Below, piece by piece: positions 24,116-36,369 of a stretch of 64,000 nt of DNA. The stretch lies in assembly GCA_010015805.1 (NCBI GenBank), contig ML978127.1, positions 310,001-374,000 on the forward strand, read 5' to 3'. The notes beneath the pieces are model-generated. The model had not been told where the DNA came from and ran no database searches. It saw nothing but the letters and a program-made list of their open reading frames with translations. The stretch is from Rhizodiscina lignyota. Taxonomy: Eukaryota. The position numbers and the translations under genes are program-made. Numbering within the stretch: the stretch's first letter is position 1; each line of letters starts with the position of its first letter.

Positions 24116-26133
24116 ATGTCTTCTTCACAGGTAACTACTCTTCCACGCGCCGCTCGCGTGCTCCAGACGCTAACTTTACGTCCGCAGGGATCGGGGGTGA
24201 GCTATCCTGCACCGGCGCACCCAATGGCGCCTCCAGGACCACCATACCCTCCACAGACTGCAAGCCTGGGAGGTATACCAAATGTCAAAGTCGATGTGCC
24301 AATCACGAGCGTGTTCTTATTGCTATTTATTCTTGGAGCAATTGCGCATATGGCAATATTCCAAATGAATCGAAAACAGGCGCATAAGTTCTTTCTGTCC
24401 TTGGTGATGTTCGGTGAGTTTACCTATGTTGCGTCGGATGGATCCTATTCTTCAACGAAGAACTTGATTGAACAATGCTAATCACGAAATTAGTTTTCTG
24501 CATGTGCAGAATAGTCACCATGGCCCTTCGCATCGCATGGGCAACTCAGCAGCATAATGTCAAACTGGGCATCGCGGCCATGATATTTGTCGCAGCAGGC
24601 ACAGTCCTCTTGTACATCATCAATCTGCTCTTCGCACAGCGCATCATCCGCGCACAGCATCCAAACTGGGGCTGGCATCGTGCATTCGACGGCGGCTTCC
24701 GTGTCATCGTCATCGTCATTATTGTGACACTGATCATGCTCATCACCGTCACGGTTCAATCATTTTACACTCTTTCAGAGAGGAAGCACAATATCGACCG
24801 CGATATTCAACTATATGGGAGCACCTTCTATACTTTTGTCGCCTTCCTACCTATCCTGCTAGTCATCATCGGGCTGCTTATCCCCCGTCGTATCCGAGTG
24901 GAAAAGTTCGGTAGCGGACGGTTTCGCACGAAGATCTTTACATTGTTGCTTGCCTCTTTCTTGCTTACCTTGGGCGCTGCATGGCGTTGTGGGACAGCCT
25001 TCGCTCCGCTTGTGCCTCGAACGCAAAGCCCATGGTACTTCAGCAAAGCCTGCTTTTACGTCTTCGATTTTGGTGTTGAAGCCGTCGTCGTTTTCCTCTA
25101 CATCTTTGTACGCGTGGACAGACGATTCCACATTCCAGATGGTGCAAAAGGACTGGGCGCATATATCAAGGGCGAGACAGAGTACAAGCGTGAAAGTGGA
25201 CATGTTCTGCTTCCCGCCCACGTCAACGACCACGAAGGCAACGTGACGGAGAGCAAGGCGAACTTGCCGGCCACACTGCGCGTGTACTCCGAGGAGGAGC
25301 TCTTCGACGATTCCGCAACATTGGCCGAGACGCTGAAGTACGGGCACACGAGCCTGGAGCTCGATCGTATGAGCGGACGGTGGATGCTCCAGAGCCAGAG
25401 CACACACAGCCTATACTCGCCTTTCAGCCCATACCAACTCCCAGCCAGCTCACGTGGCTCAGATAGCACGCACGTCTACTCGGCGGTCGAGATGCCTCGG
25501 GCGTCAAGCGTGCCAATCACGAGATATGAAGCGGGAGACGTCAAATGGGAGACAATTAGCATGGCACATACGCATGCGCCGAGCTTCGACGGTGGGAAGC
25601 AAGATGCCGAAGCCATGAGCCTGGTCAGCGATAACAACAGCCGATATTCGCTGCCTACAAGGGTTCCGCCAAGTCATGCAAGAGGAGGAGATACCTGGGC
25701 GAGTCTGGCAAAGGAGCAGTTGAGGCCAAAGAGCGTCATAAGCGCTAGGCCCGTCGTGGCGACCGCTTCACTCGCGAAAGAAATGTCGGCAATCGAAGCA
25801 GGGACGACATCGCCGCCTGCATCAAGAGAGGCGAACGATATGACGATTGAGGACCGCGAGAAGACGCGTATCATGGACGCAGAGTGGGCCGCGTCACGAG
25901 GCCACATGCGCAAGAGCAGTTGGCGGAGTAGCGTGGAGAAAGAGATGCGGCTGAGTGAAGACATCTCGGATGAGAAGAGACCGTTCGTCGAGAGCAGGAG
26001 AAGTTTGACCAGCGTAAGAGAGTTGAATGAGGAGGGAGAAGAGCGTGTTCCAGCAATGTCACAAGTCCTGGCCACAGAGAAAAGTGAGGAGGCAGAGTTG
26101 GATGAGAAGAAACCCTTGAAGGAGGATCTGTAA
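24116..26133 (+). CDS. DUF3112-type multi-TM membrane protein with long S/E-rich cytoplasmic tail, 2 introns
   Basis: PPYPPQTASLGGIP..VDVPI, FAQRIIRAQHPNWGWH, EKFGSGRFRTK, PWYFSKACFYVFDFGVE, RVDRRFHIPDG. Confidence 0.82.
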
Positions 26134-26310
26134 TGCAATGAGTTTGTATAAACCCTATGATGTGTTATGATCGGCGCAATTGGGAGGACAGGATATGCTT
26201 GTTTAAATGGGAGTTTTGCATGATTGATATCCGACGCGTATGGCAAGCGAGTTCAGTATAGAGAGATACGTAATTGACCTGTCTGCAGTCAGTAAATATC
26301 TTCCTAACTT

Positions 26311-28017
26311 CTAATTCGCCTGCTTATAGCAGTACTTCTCAAAACACTTCCCACACACCGCAGGCAGCCTTCCTCTCGTCTTCTTCATCAAGATACATCC
26401 TAAGCACACCGGCCACTCTGGATCTCCATTCTGGCTCGCCACCTGTGCTCCATTCGCAATCATTCCATCCGTCTGATTAGGCTTGTACTGCATCAACGTC
26501 GTCGCCATGCCCGACGGATAGCTAAATTGCGCGTTGGGCAAGTAAATCATCGTCACAGTATTTGGCTCGCTGCACCCAAATGCTAGCGCGTGGCTTGTGA
26601 GGTTACGCGATATGAACTCTAGCTGTGGCGGAATGTACGGCATCTTGTGCAATCCGGCAGCGAGGGCCTCGACGTAAGTCTGGCGAATAGCAGTGCCATC
26701 GGGTAAGTGGTTTGTATCTGCCGAATTGTCATTCACAATTACGACATCAACGTCGCGGGCGGTCTGGATGAGCGGCCAAATAGGGTTGTTCTGATTGCTC
26801 TCGCCGCCATCAACAAGCATGAGCTCTCTGTCGGCTGCAACGAGCGGTGCCGTGGACAAGTTGAAGAACGGGTTTGGATAAGTGGCGTAGAAATCGTGTG
26901 TATTCTTCTGGTGCAACGGATGTAAGATCTTCTGAAATTTCGGCAAGAGGTCGAGAAGCCTCCCGGCAAGACTTTCTTGACGTGCGAAAGGGTAGCAGTA
27001 CTCATTGAAGAGATGCGAGCTCGTGCCGAGAACGTAACCTAGGTTGTCGTACCCGTTGTAGCACCGTGTGAACAGAGTGCCATTAGGTATGGGAAGTTGA
27101 GGCAACAGAGAGCCGTTCTTGGGCTTTTTGACTTTCGTAATGTTGGCCGAGGCCGGAAGGGAGCCCAGGAAGCGGGACTGCACAAAAGAGTGGACGCCCC
27201 TGTCCCATGAGCCCATTTCATAGGGGTGGAACTCGTATTGCGTAGCGTTTGCCTTTGGGAGGCACTGCCCTTTTGAGGTGAGAACCCCGAGGCTGGTAAT
27301 GATGGGGTATGGGGCTTCGCCCTTCTGGATGCTTGAGAGTGCTGTAAGGCCGGATAGAGTGGTTGTTGCACCACCATCTGGGAGAAGTTGGTACGCAAGC
27401 AAAGTACCCCAAACATCTGTGAGTGTGTTGTCGAACCCTGCATCCTCCTTGCTCTCAATTGACTTATGAGCTGTCTTGTAATGTTTCCAGTCTGACCCGC
27501 TATCTGGGAAGAAGTATGAATTGGCGAATGTCTTCTTCCAGAGCGAGTCCTTCAACTCCGTAACCAAGGGGAAATTGTGGCTCGCGAGAGACGAGAGAAG
27601 CCAGCTTCCTCCAGACAATCCTGCGTGGTATGTAAAAGCTTGGTACAGGCCACTCACGGCGCTTGAGTTTGTTTTCTCTCGTCCGTCAAATCCTTTAACG
27701 ACTCCGGCGCCTGCAAGGCACGCGCGAAATCCTCCGCCGCTCGACGTTAACGCGATGGTTGGAATGTAGCGAGTATCAAAACCAGCTTTGAGACCACCAA
27801 GCCAAATCTTCAGTGCCATCGATGCTTTCGGCTTCCGATTCGCAAGGAATAGTGCCTCTCCCGGGGAGATGCCCACTGCGTTGCGGACAATGTTTCCATC
27901 TTGGGGACACTGGGCGATAAAGGGAGCGTAACCTGTGATGTTATTGAGGCTCCATGACCAAGCCGATACAAACGGACAGCTCGCTATGAAGATAATTGCA
28001 GCGTCAGAAATATGCAT
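26311..28017 (-). CDS. PLB: Secreted lysophospholipase / phospholipase B, intronless
   Basis: Signal peptide; SGGGFRA, AGLSGGSW (catalytic Ser), LVDGGE, DNSADT, C-terminal CLGC...CFEKYC. Confidence 0.93.
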   Translation of the reverse strand: MHISDAAIIFIASCPFVSAWSWSLNNITGYAPFIAQCPQDGNIVRNAVGISPGEALFLANRKPKASMALKIWLGGLKAGFDTRYIPTIALTSSGGGFRACLAGAGVVKGFDGREKTNSSAVSGLYQAFTYHAGLSGGSWLLSSLASHNFPLVTELKDSLWKKTFANSYFFPDSGSDWKHYKTAHKSIESKEDAGFDNTLTDVWGTLLAYQLLPDGGATTTLSGLTALSSIQKGEAPYPIITSLGVLTSKGQCLPKANATQYEFHPYEMGSWDRGVHSFVQSRFLGSLPASANITKVKKPKNGSLLPQLPIPNGTLFTRCYNGYDNLGYVLGTSSHLFNEYCYPFARQESLAGRLLDLLPKFQKILHPLHQKNTHDFYATYPNPFFNLSTAPLVAADRELMLVDGGESNQNNPIWPLIQTARDVDVVIVNDNSADTNHLPDGTAIRQTYVEALAAGLHKMPYIPPQLEFISRNLTSHALAFGCSEPNTVTMIYLPNAQFSYPSGMATTLMQYKPNQTDGMIANGAQVASQNGDPEWPVCLGCILMKKTRGRLPAVCGKCFEKYCYKQAN

Positions 28018-29103
28018 GGCGAACAGCAAACGAGAGTGAGAGGCTTTGACACGCGCTGGGAGGGCGCAGGCATGGTGGCCAAGAGTGGACTATGGGGCAT
28101 ACAAGTCCCTTTCGCGAGAAAATATTTTGTGTGGACAAGACTGCAACCTGCCTGTCATGAGATAGAGTGTTCTCATGATGGACCTCATCGCGGGCTCAAC
28201 AGCAGAGCGGGAGACGAGCCCAACTCAATGAAAGAGCCTTTGATTAGCATCAGGGTCGATACAGGCGTCGCTAATATAGCTCCCTTGCACATGCTGGGCG
28301 GTCATAAGCTGTTTACCATTTGTGCTTCGGATTCAGCATAGTGTGCCATTGGCTCAAGTAATTGTTGATGGTGGGGTAGGTACGTGTGCAACTGAGGGGA
28401 ATGAAGCATGATGTCTTCTCGAAGGAAGAGGTAGCCAGCAAGAGCATAATGTCTGTGAGAGGATAATCTCGCCTCGAGACAGGATTGCGCAAGGTGGTAA
28501 GGACTGGATAGAGGCCGTGACGTTATCGAGCGAAATAGCGCTGTGATTAGGTACGAAGGCTCTAAACTATAATATGCTCTGAGAAAGCAAAAATAACTGA
28601 GAGCATTGCAAAAGGGCGAGGAAAGCAATCGCCAAGACAGACAACGTACGGATCGCCTGGGCAGGTAGGTTGATGCCTCGTGACGATGTGGTTTGCAGAG
28701 GAACTGGAGATCGGCCCCACCCAGGGCTTTGTACACTTGTTTCAGGTTGCCCCTTTTCCGTGAACAACTTCACTTCACCTTTGTTGGAACCTACGAAAAC
28801 ACTTCATCAACGCGGCAATCGGATACTTGACGATGTTATTATGTGCTAGTTTGAAGCCTAGTGCGAAGCACATTCCTAGTGTTTACTGATACGATACATA
28901 ATATATCTAAATCGCTAAGGTATGGACGACGAGGCTATTCGAAACGATTTCAAGAACTTAATTGCTCCGCGGTTCAATGATCCCATATTCCTGCAAAATC
29001 AGTCCGCGGACCGGTCCACATAGATCATCAAAAGCGACGTACACTGGAAGTAGCAAAGACATGTGCCCGTTGATGATGATGAACCCTCGTCATTCCGCGG
29101 AGC

Positions 29104-29120
29104 ACGTGATTTAATCACGT
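29104..29120. promoter_or_regulatory. Palindrome with E-box-like sites upstream of GH76 gene
   Basis: ACGTGATT-T-AATCACGT, overlapping CACGTG at 29103-29108, about 160 bp before the ATG. Confidence 0.35.
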
Positions 29121-29275
29121 AGACGCCTGAGGTGTTTTATTTCACTTTAAGTCTATTTATTATTTTCCGTACTCACTCAGTCTTCCTCTTCTTCTGCTGG
29201 CCTTGCTTTCAATGCCTTTGAGATTCTGACATCGTCGCTCAAATCTGCCTTGCTATCCTGAATTTGTTCGTCAAT

Positions 29276-30929
29276 ATGGTATCTCTTAGGATTCCCCTCG
29301 TGGCAGCGTTAGTGGTGGCAGGCCTCGCACAGAATGTCGCCCAAGCGATCGACCTGGATCTTAACAACACAGGTTCCGTCCTATCTTGATGTAACGAATC
29401 GCCGATACTGACTGAAACACAGACAGCATCAAGGCCGCCGCAAGTACAGTCGCAGATGGAATGATGAAATTCTACATCGGTAACCTGCCAGGTCAAACCC
29501 CAGGCCTGCTTCAACCACCATATTATTGGTGGGAAGCGGGAGCTATGTGGGGACAAGTAATGAGACACCAAACCATGCAAATGTTTTTGTTGAGCTCACT
29601 CTCTTCGTAGTTGATCGAGTATTGGCATTATACGGGCGATTCAACATACAACGATGTTGTCCAGGAAGCACTCCTCTTTCAATCCGCTCCAACAAAAGAC
29701 TATATGCCAGTCAACCAAACGAAATCAGAAGGAAACGATGACCAACTCTTCTGGGCTTTTGCTGTCATGTCTGCAGCCGAAACGCTATTTCCGAACCCCC
29801 CGCAAGATCAGCCACAATGGCTTGCACTTGCGCAAGCTGTGTTCAATCAACAAATATCTCGTTGGAACCCCGAACTTTGTGGTGGAGGCTTGAGGTGGCA
29901 GATCTACAACTTCAACATCGGCTGGAACTACAAAAATGCCATATCGAATGGCGGACTATTTCAGCTATCCGCAAGACTCGCGAGATACACACTTCATCAG
30001 ACCTACGCGGACTGGGCTGAGAAAGTGTACGACTGGATGGCCCAGAGCCCGATCATGGTCACAAATAGCTCGTCTTATGACGTCTACGACGGGGTGACTA
30101 CAGATCATAATTGCTCAGCAGCAGATGTTGAAAAGGTAACAACAATTACCTAGATCGTTTTGCATCGACATACTGACATCTGGACAGGTACTGTGGACCT
30201 ATAATATTGGAACTATGATCAATGGATGTGCATACGTAAGCTATATGCAACAATTGCGGTTTGACTTGACTTTTACTGACACGGCGCAGATGTACAATTA
30301 TGTTCGTTGCTCGTTACATCCATCGTCAGTCTCTGCTACTACCTTAACTCTAGCAGACCAATGGCTCCAATGTATGGGCCGAGCGCCTTAACGGCTTTAT
30401 CAATGGGAGCTCAGTCTATTTCCCTAACGGCGACGTGATGGACGAGATTTCCATGGATCAATGCCAAGTGACAAACGCCTGTACCCAAGATCAGCCCTCG
30501 TACAGAGCCTACCTGGCTCGCTGGCTCGCTACCACTACGCAAATGGCACCCTACACCTTCAACCATATCGCTCCTCTTCTCCAGGCATCCGCCAAAGGCG
30601 CAGCAGGCCAATGCTCGGGCGGTGACGACGGCAAGACGTGCGGCCGAAACTGGACGAGTACTGAATGGGATGGGTATACGGGCGTGGGCGAGCAGATGAG
30701 TGCGTTGAGCGTTATTCAGAGCAACTTGGTTTCGACGGCTGCCGCGCCCGCTGGGCAGGATAATGGCGGGACGAGTGAGGGAGATCCGGGCGCTGGCATT
30801 GTGGACCCGAATGTGCACGACATGCGACCGATTACTACGGTGGATAAGGCAGGCAGTTGGGTGTTGACAGGGGTAATGCTGTTGGTGTTGATGGCTGGCG
30901 CCATTTCTATGGGCTACGGAGACGATTGA
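29276..30929 (+). CDS. DFG5/DCW1: GH76 alpha-1,6-mannanase-like cell-wall protein (DFG5/DCW1), multi-exon
   Basis: Signal peptide; [49 protein letters not shown]-terminal hydrophobic GPI-like segment. Confidence 0.93.
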
Positions 30930-32112
30930 AAGAATTGGCGATGAGAGCAACGAGCCATCTCACTCTTCAGATTTGATATCGCTTGTTGTTGAGGGTATCA
31001 AATATCGCTCGCGAAAAAAGAATTTGATCCTTCAGAGCCTTGGAGGGAGCACTTGAAGTGTGCAGGGGACAGCGAGAGAACGAGTTGACTGCAAAGACAT
31101 CCAGCATGAAGGATGAGGATTGCCTCAATCGATCTGTACCTCAACAAATGTTTACGGCGTATATGAGATGCTTACGGTCAGCAATGCCATGAGGATTTTG
31201 CAAGCTCCAAGATGTATAGTTTGAGGCGGGAGAACTTGACCAAGTCTCACGAATCCCACACAGGCTTAAAAAGCCACATACGTACTCCGTAACGTCACAA
31301 TGTATTTTAACCACGAAAGAACCGACGATCTCGCTGTGCTTGATCCGGATTTCCTAATAATATTGAAGCTACGTTAGAATAAGGGCTTGCTCAGGAAAGA
31401 TTGCTAAAACTATTTTAATTTGAAGCTTAAGCCATCGTTGCCTCCACTTTACGCTCGAAACATTGGCCACCCGCTGAATATCTAAGGCAAATGCATGTAC
31501 TCAGGTGCTGCGAACGGGCACTGCCTTAATTTAATTGCAATTTTAAGAATATCAGGACGATTAGCGATCATTCTTCTAGGATGCAGGGATTCTAGTTTTC
31601 GCAGGGCTTTGATGGTTAAGCTTGTTAATGTGGAGTGATCGACGCGTTCAAATACCGCATCAGGCTGAGATAAACGAAAGCAGATCGGCAACGGAGTACG
31701 GAGTAAGATGTTTAAAAAAGCGAGCCAGTCGCTTCCCTCCCAGGCCCTGCATAATATGACGACAGTGGACCTCTTCTCTGAAGCTTCGGAGGCTGTAACC
31801 TGCAGAGATCGTCCCATGGCTTTGGGGCACAGCAAACAAAGTCTTGCTCAATGAAGATTCAATTCCTGAAGTAGTAAGCCTTCATGTGTGGATCTGCATC
31901 TGTTCCTCATATTCTTTGCTAACTCGGAACTGTCAACTCGAATGTGATTCGTGCCATCGTCTACGGTACTCGACTTCATGTTCAGCGACTAACTGACTGT
32001 CGCTGGTTCACAGTTGCTCAGATGTGTATAAGTATTGCTTCATCTCCTCTCCATTCAATCCAGCATCAAACAACAACAACTCAAACAATCTCAACGAATT
32101 TTCCTACCGTCT

Positions 32113-32148
32113 TATTTCCTATTTTCTATTTCCTATTTCCTATTTCCT
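32113..32148 (+). repeat. (TATTTCC)n 7-mer tandem repeat, ~5 units, in the leader of the small secreted protein gene
   Basis: tatttcc tattttc tatttcc tatttcc tatttcc. Confidence 0.8.
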
Positions 32149-32270
32149 ACCTGTTATCGCACAGTCCTTCGACAACCCAACGACGACCCAAGCAGACCAG
32201 CTCAATCATAATCCACTTCCTCATCTCATCTACTAGCCAACCCAACAACACAATCAAAACCACAACCACA

Positions 32271-32669
32271 ATGCAGTTCTCCACCGTCTTCATCGCCACC
32301 ATTCTGGCAGCCACCTCCACTATCGCTGCCCCAACCAAGAACAACGCAGAGGAAGTCCACCAGCTCGGCAAGCGCGTCGCGGCCAACACGCAATCCTGCT
32401 CCGCGAGGGACAACGGCGTATCGAGCGCCGAATACACTGTCACCATCGGCGAGCCCTTTGCCAATGGAGTCGGCTGCGGGTCTCTCAATAACGCGATCCT
32501 CGAGGCCGGTGTGCCCATTTCCGACTTCACCTGTGCTCCTGGCGGTCCAGGGGCCGACAACACGGTGGTGACGTTCACCAACCAGCAGGGACAGTCCAAG
32601 CAGATCAACACTGCGTTCGGAACGTTCTACCCGATGGTCAATGGCGGCTTCAACTGCCCGGATTTCTAG
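32271..32669 (+). CDS. Small secreted cysteine-containing protein (effector-like), 132 aa
   Basis: MQFSTVFIATILAATSTIA signal peptide, pro-region ending LGKR (Kex2 site), 4 Cys, strong C/G-ending codon bias, CA-rich leader. Confidence 0.9.
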   Translation: MQFSTVFIATILAATSTIAAPTKNNAEEVHQLGKRVAANTQSCSARDNGVSSAEYTVTIGEPFANGVGCGSLNNAILEAGVPISDFTCAPGGPGADNTVVTFTNQQGQSKQINTAFGTFYPMVNGGFNCPDF

Positions 32670-33012
32670 GCAATTGAGAAACATTGGTGTGGTAATCACG
32701 GGATGAAGTTGGAAATGACGTAGAGGGAGCAGAGCAGACTGGATCTTGCCCTCGGGTACTGTACTATTAGTCACGGCGTTTCGGGACCTTAGAATGCGAG
32801 AAATACAAGACAAAAAAAGAGACTGAAAAACACTCCTTGAAATTCCTTGAACTTTCACTGTGATTTACAAAGTAGACGTTTCGAAGATCAATTGTCCGAT
32901 TGATCGCCAATTATGCCAGATGTCTCATTCGACAAAGTGGTGAGCAGTATGTACAAGAATGCAATGCAAGCATCGGAAGTCAATATCATAACAAGAGCAT
33001 AACTGTAAAGCG

Positions 33013-34432
33013 TTAAGTATGGCGTGGCATTTGCAGTGAATATGCAAACCAGTCAATAGATTCCCGATGATCAGCATCTGAAGCAAAACTGAAACGTGTG
33101 GAGACGACAATGCTCTTCTCATCTTCCGGTGGCTGCCTTTGCTTTGATAGAGTCCGTGCATCGGGGCTGCTCCTTATAGCTGTCTCCAAACGTACAGTAT
33201 TGTTCATAGTAAAAGCATCATCATCTGCGTCGGTCGAAGTGCCAAATGTGCCCAGCGCAGAGGCTCCGGCCTTCGATCTCGTGAGTGGCGCAACGACGTA
33301 CGCATCGAAGAAGCCCTTTAGCGCTGGAGCGGAGGCACAAATGATGGCTAGGTGGCATTCGGGGACAGTGAAGATGTAGGTATCGAAGGCGATCCCTGGT
33401 AACGAGTTTAGTCATTCAGCTATGAAGCTGATTTAGTCTTTAGAGCTTACACGTAAGATCTCGCAGGGGATCGGTCGAGAGCCGCCGAAGAAAGACACTT
33501 CGTGCAATACCTGTCGCTACGGTCCTGTTGCCTCTATTAGCACGCGTCACGGCGCGATCGGCTAGGTTAGGAGTTGCTTACGAAATCCCACATCCGAATA
33601 GTACTGCAAGTATAAGCTTCTGTCTCAGCTTAATTTGTAGTCTCTTGACGAGAATCTCCGGAAGTACGATGGCGTATACATCGCTGACAACGCTGACGAT
33701 GCCCCACATCGGATCAAATATCCCTCTATAGGCGCACTTGTACGGTTCATTGTAACTGATGTTCAGAGACTTCCAAGATGCATTTGTAGGGGAGCAAATG
33801 AATGTGAGAAAGGCGACAAATGATAGGAGATAGACGATTGTGAAGCCCATCGCTGCATATATTGCCCACTTCATATATTTATTGCTTGTCCGTGACACCA
33901 GCCGTCTGTGGAAGACGAGAATCGACATCTTAGAGAAGACGGTGCTGAACGTGAAGAAGAACTCCGAAAGCCAGGCGCTCTGGTGTTATTCATTAGCAGA
34001 GTCTACTTTACGACGAAGAATACACAATAACCAACCAATGCTCCTCTCTCCGCAGTGATGGGCGGTACATCCCAAACATGTCGATCAAATCCAGCAACAA
34101 GGACGCCCCAGATGGCAAGCGCTGAGAAGGCGATACCGAAGATCTAGACGGATCAGCGCCGATATGTGGAGCAGAATGTGAAGACGAACCCAAGCGCAGA
34201 CAATTAAGATGTCATCGAAGCCGAACTTTCCTGCTGCCTTTGTCCATCTCGAGTACAAACGGGCGGCCAGGAGAAGTGAACCTGCAGTTGTCCAGAGGAT
34301 GGTATAAGGCGCGACCCACCATCGACGTTCAGGATTGACATAATTCGCCGGCGGCCACTTAGCGATAATAGATAGTGGAATCTTATATGCTGTGAAGGTC
34401 GTGTCAACACTCGGATTTACAGTACTAGTCAT
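33013..34432 (-). CDS. PTH11-like (rhodopsin-domain) integral membrane protein, multiple introns
   Basis: WPPANYVNPE, ARLYSR..FGFDD, KMSILVFHRRL, CSPTNASW, SVVSDVYAIVLP, ECHLAIICASAPALK. Confidence 0.87.
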
Positions 34433-36369
34433 GTTGACACTTGCGCAACGGTAATGTAGATCTCCTCTGTACCCCAGGGTAGTTTGCAGGTGAGGAACTT
34501 CTTTTAACCCAGCTTCGCTACCACATTACGAAATAAATCGCTCGCATGGTTGGTATCCCTGTTCAGGACGAAGAGTCACATTTGCTGTGGAGACACATGG
34601 TAATCCCAGCATGTCTTCCCGTCCGCATGTCTGACTTCTGCGGTTCTGCTTATTAGGCAGAACGAAGTGTCTGAGAGCTGCAAGAAGTTCATACTGAAAA
34701 GGAATCATTTAATAATGTCATAATACAAAAGATCAGTGCACAGGCAAAGGCTATCACCCGTCACTATCTGTAGTAGATCTTGCAGGTGCACTGGTTCAGA
34801 TCCCAGCCGTCGCGTGCCCATCAGCGCAACAGCGCTCGAAACAACGTTCTACACATGGAAGACAGCACTTGGCGAACATAGAAAGATGTGGGAAGTACAT
34901 AAAACGATGTCGTCTAATCGTTTTTCGAAAGAAACTGAGGCGGACGCGCGGAATGCAGATGGTTAGGTCGATGTATCCCTTGTCTCCGAACATCTCCTGG
35001 ACGCCAGATATTGTGAAGGTAACAGATTGACATTGTCGATCGGCGGCTAGAAGTTTAGAGCCGTAAAAGATCATGCAGGAATACTACCTGCAAATGCAAC
35101 GCTGCTCGGCTCACGTCTCAACACCACGGGACAGTACAAGCATCCGGTAAGCATCGCCCAGAGAAAAAGTAGCCGTAGTCACTGTCCAGTTTTTCAATGC
35201 TGCATTGCGAAAATTGCTATTGTAGGAGCGGTATGTGGAGAGTCCGGGAGAGTGATAACGATTCACGACTCCACGAAAAGACCACGGTCGAAGACAAAGG
35301 AATACCATCAATTGAGTGAGGTTGAAAACAAACCGAACTTTCCAAAGAGCGGGTAGATCGATCACAAACCGCGAAGCGAGCACTAGTGAGGCGTCCCACG
35401 ATAATGCCGTCCTTAGTCGTTTGAGAGTACGATGCCAATATGGTAAAACATTGCAAGTTTCAACATCCTGGAAGGATCGGACTCCCCCCCGACGTGGACT
35501 AGAGTAAGACGTAGAAGATTCGTGAACTGGTTCGGAAGGTTGAAGCCCCCTTTACCATGCGCCATACCGACTTCCGGGACATTGGGAATGTTGCGTAATG
35601 AGCGAACAGGATGACCTGGAGCGGGTGAGTGGGTGTGGAATAGTTGCTGGATAGGATAAGGTAGGTAGTCGGCAGCCCGCCCAGGATGATCCGTCTTCAG
35701 AAAACTCACGTGACCATACTGGTATTCACTTAAACCTCTCCTTGTGAATATTTTTCGATCTCTCAGTTGCTATATTTAATGACTCTTATTGTTCTTTTGA
35801 TAGAGCTAGTTCTTCCATGGCCCATATCACAAATATCCAATCCAATTCAGCATCAAAATACAATATCATCACTGATGGCGGGCATGGTCTATCTGCTACA
35901 AGAGTTGCCTGCAGAATATACACAGTATGTTCTACTTGGAAGAGAGGTATTTCGCAACTCGCCTTTAATGCCGGAGACGTGGCCTTTGGTCAGCGAATCA
36001 AATGTCACCGATGGCTTCTCAAAGATGGCAGATCCAGAATCGGGACTCGCGAGACAGTCGCCTGGTGTTAATTATGTGTCCTCCAAAGCAGCTTGGGCTT
36101 CGGTATAGCCAGTATAAGCGCATCCTCTAAGCCAAGGTGTCGTGGTGTTCCGGCCGACACCCTGACTTCGGTCCTGATACGTGACGAGGTGTTAGTGTCC
36201 TTTATGACACCTTCGATACCGAACACATGGAGGATTATAAAAGACTGTTCATATAGAAAAGAATCCTCAAACAACCACTTGCTATCCAAACACTCACCTC
36301 GAAGTCTTCTACCAACCCCTTGGTACCTTCATCTTGTACTACAGCACTCCTCAGAAGCGTTATATCAAG

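Noticed and set aside
31482..31851. Leu-rich ORF fragments upstream of the secreted protein gene
   Set aside because: Too short and degenerate to assign
34500..36250. Short ORFs including KYNIITDGGHGL (weak FAD-motif look)
   Set aside because: Motif incomplete and no continuation; cannot support even a pseudogene call
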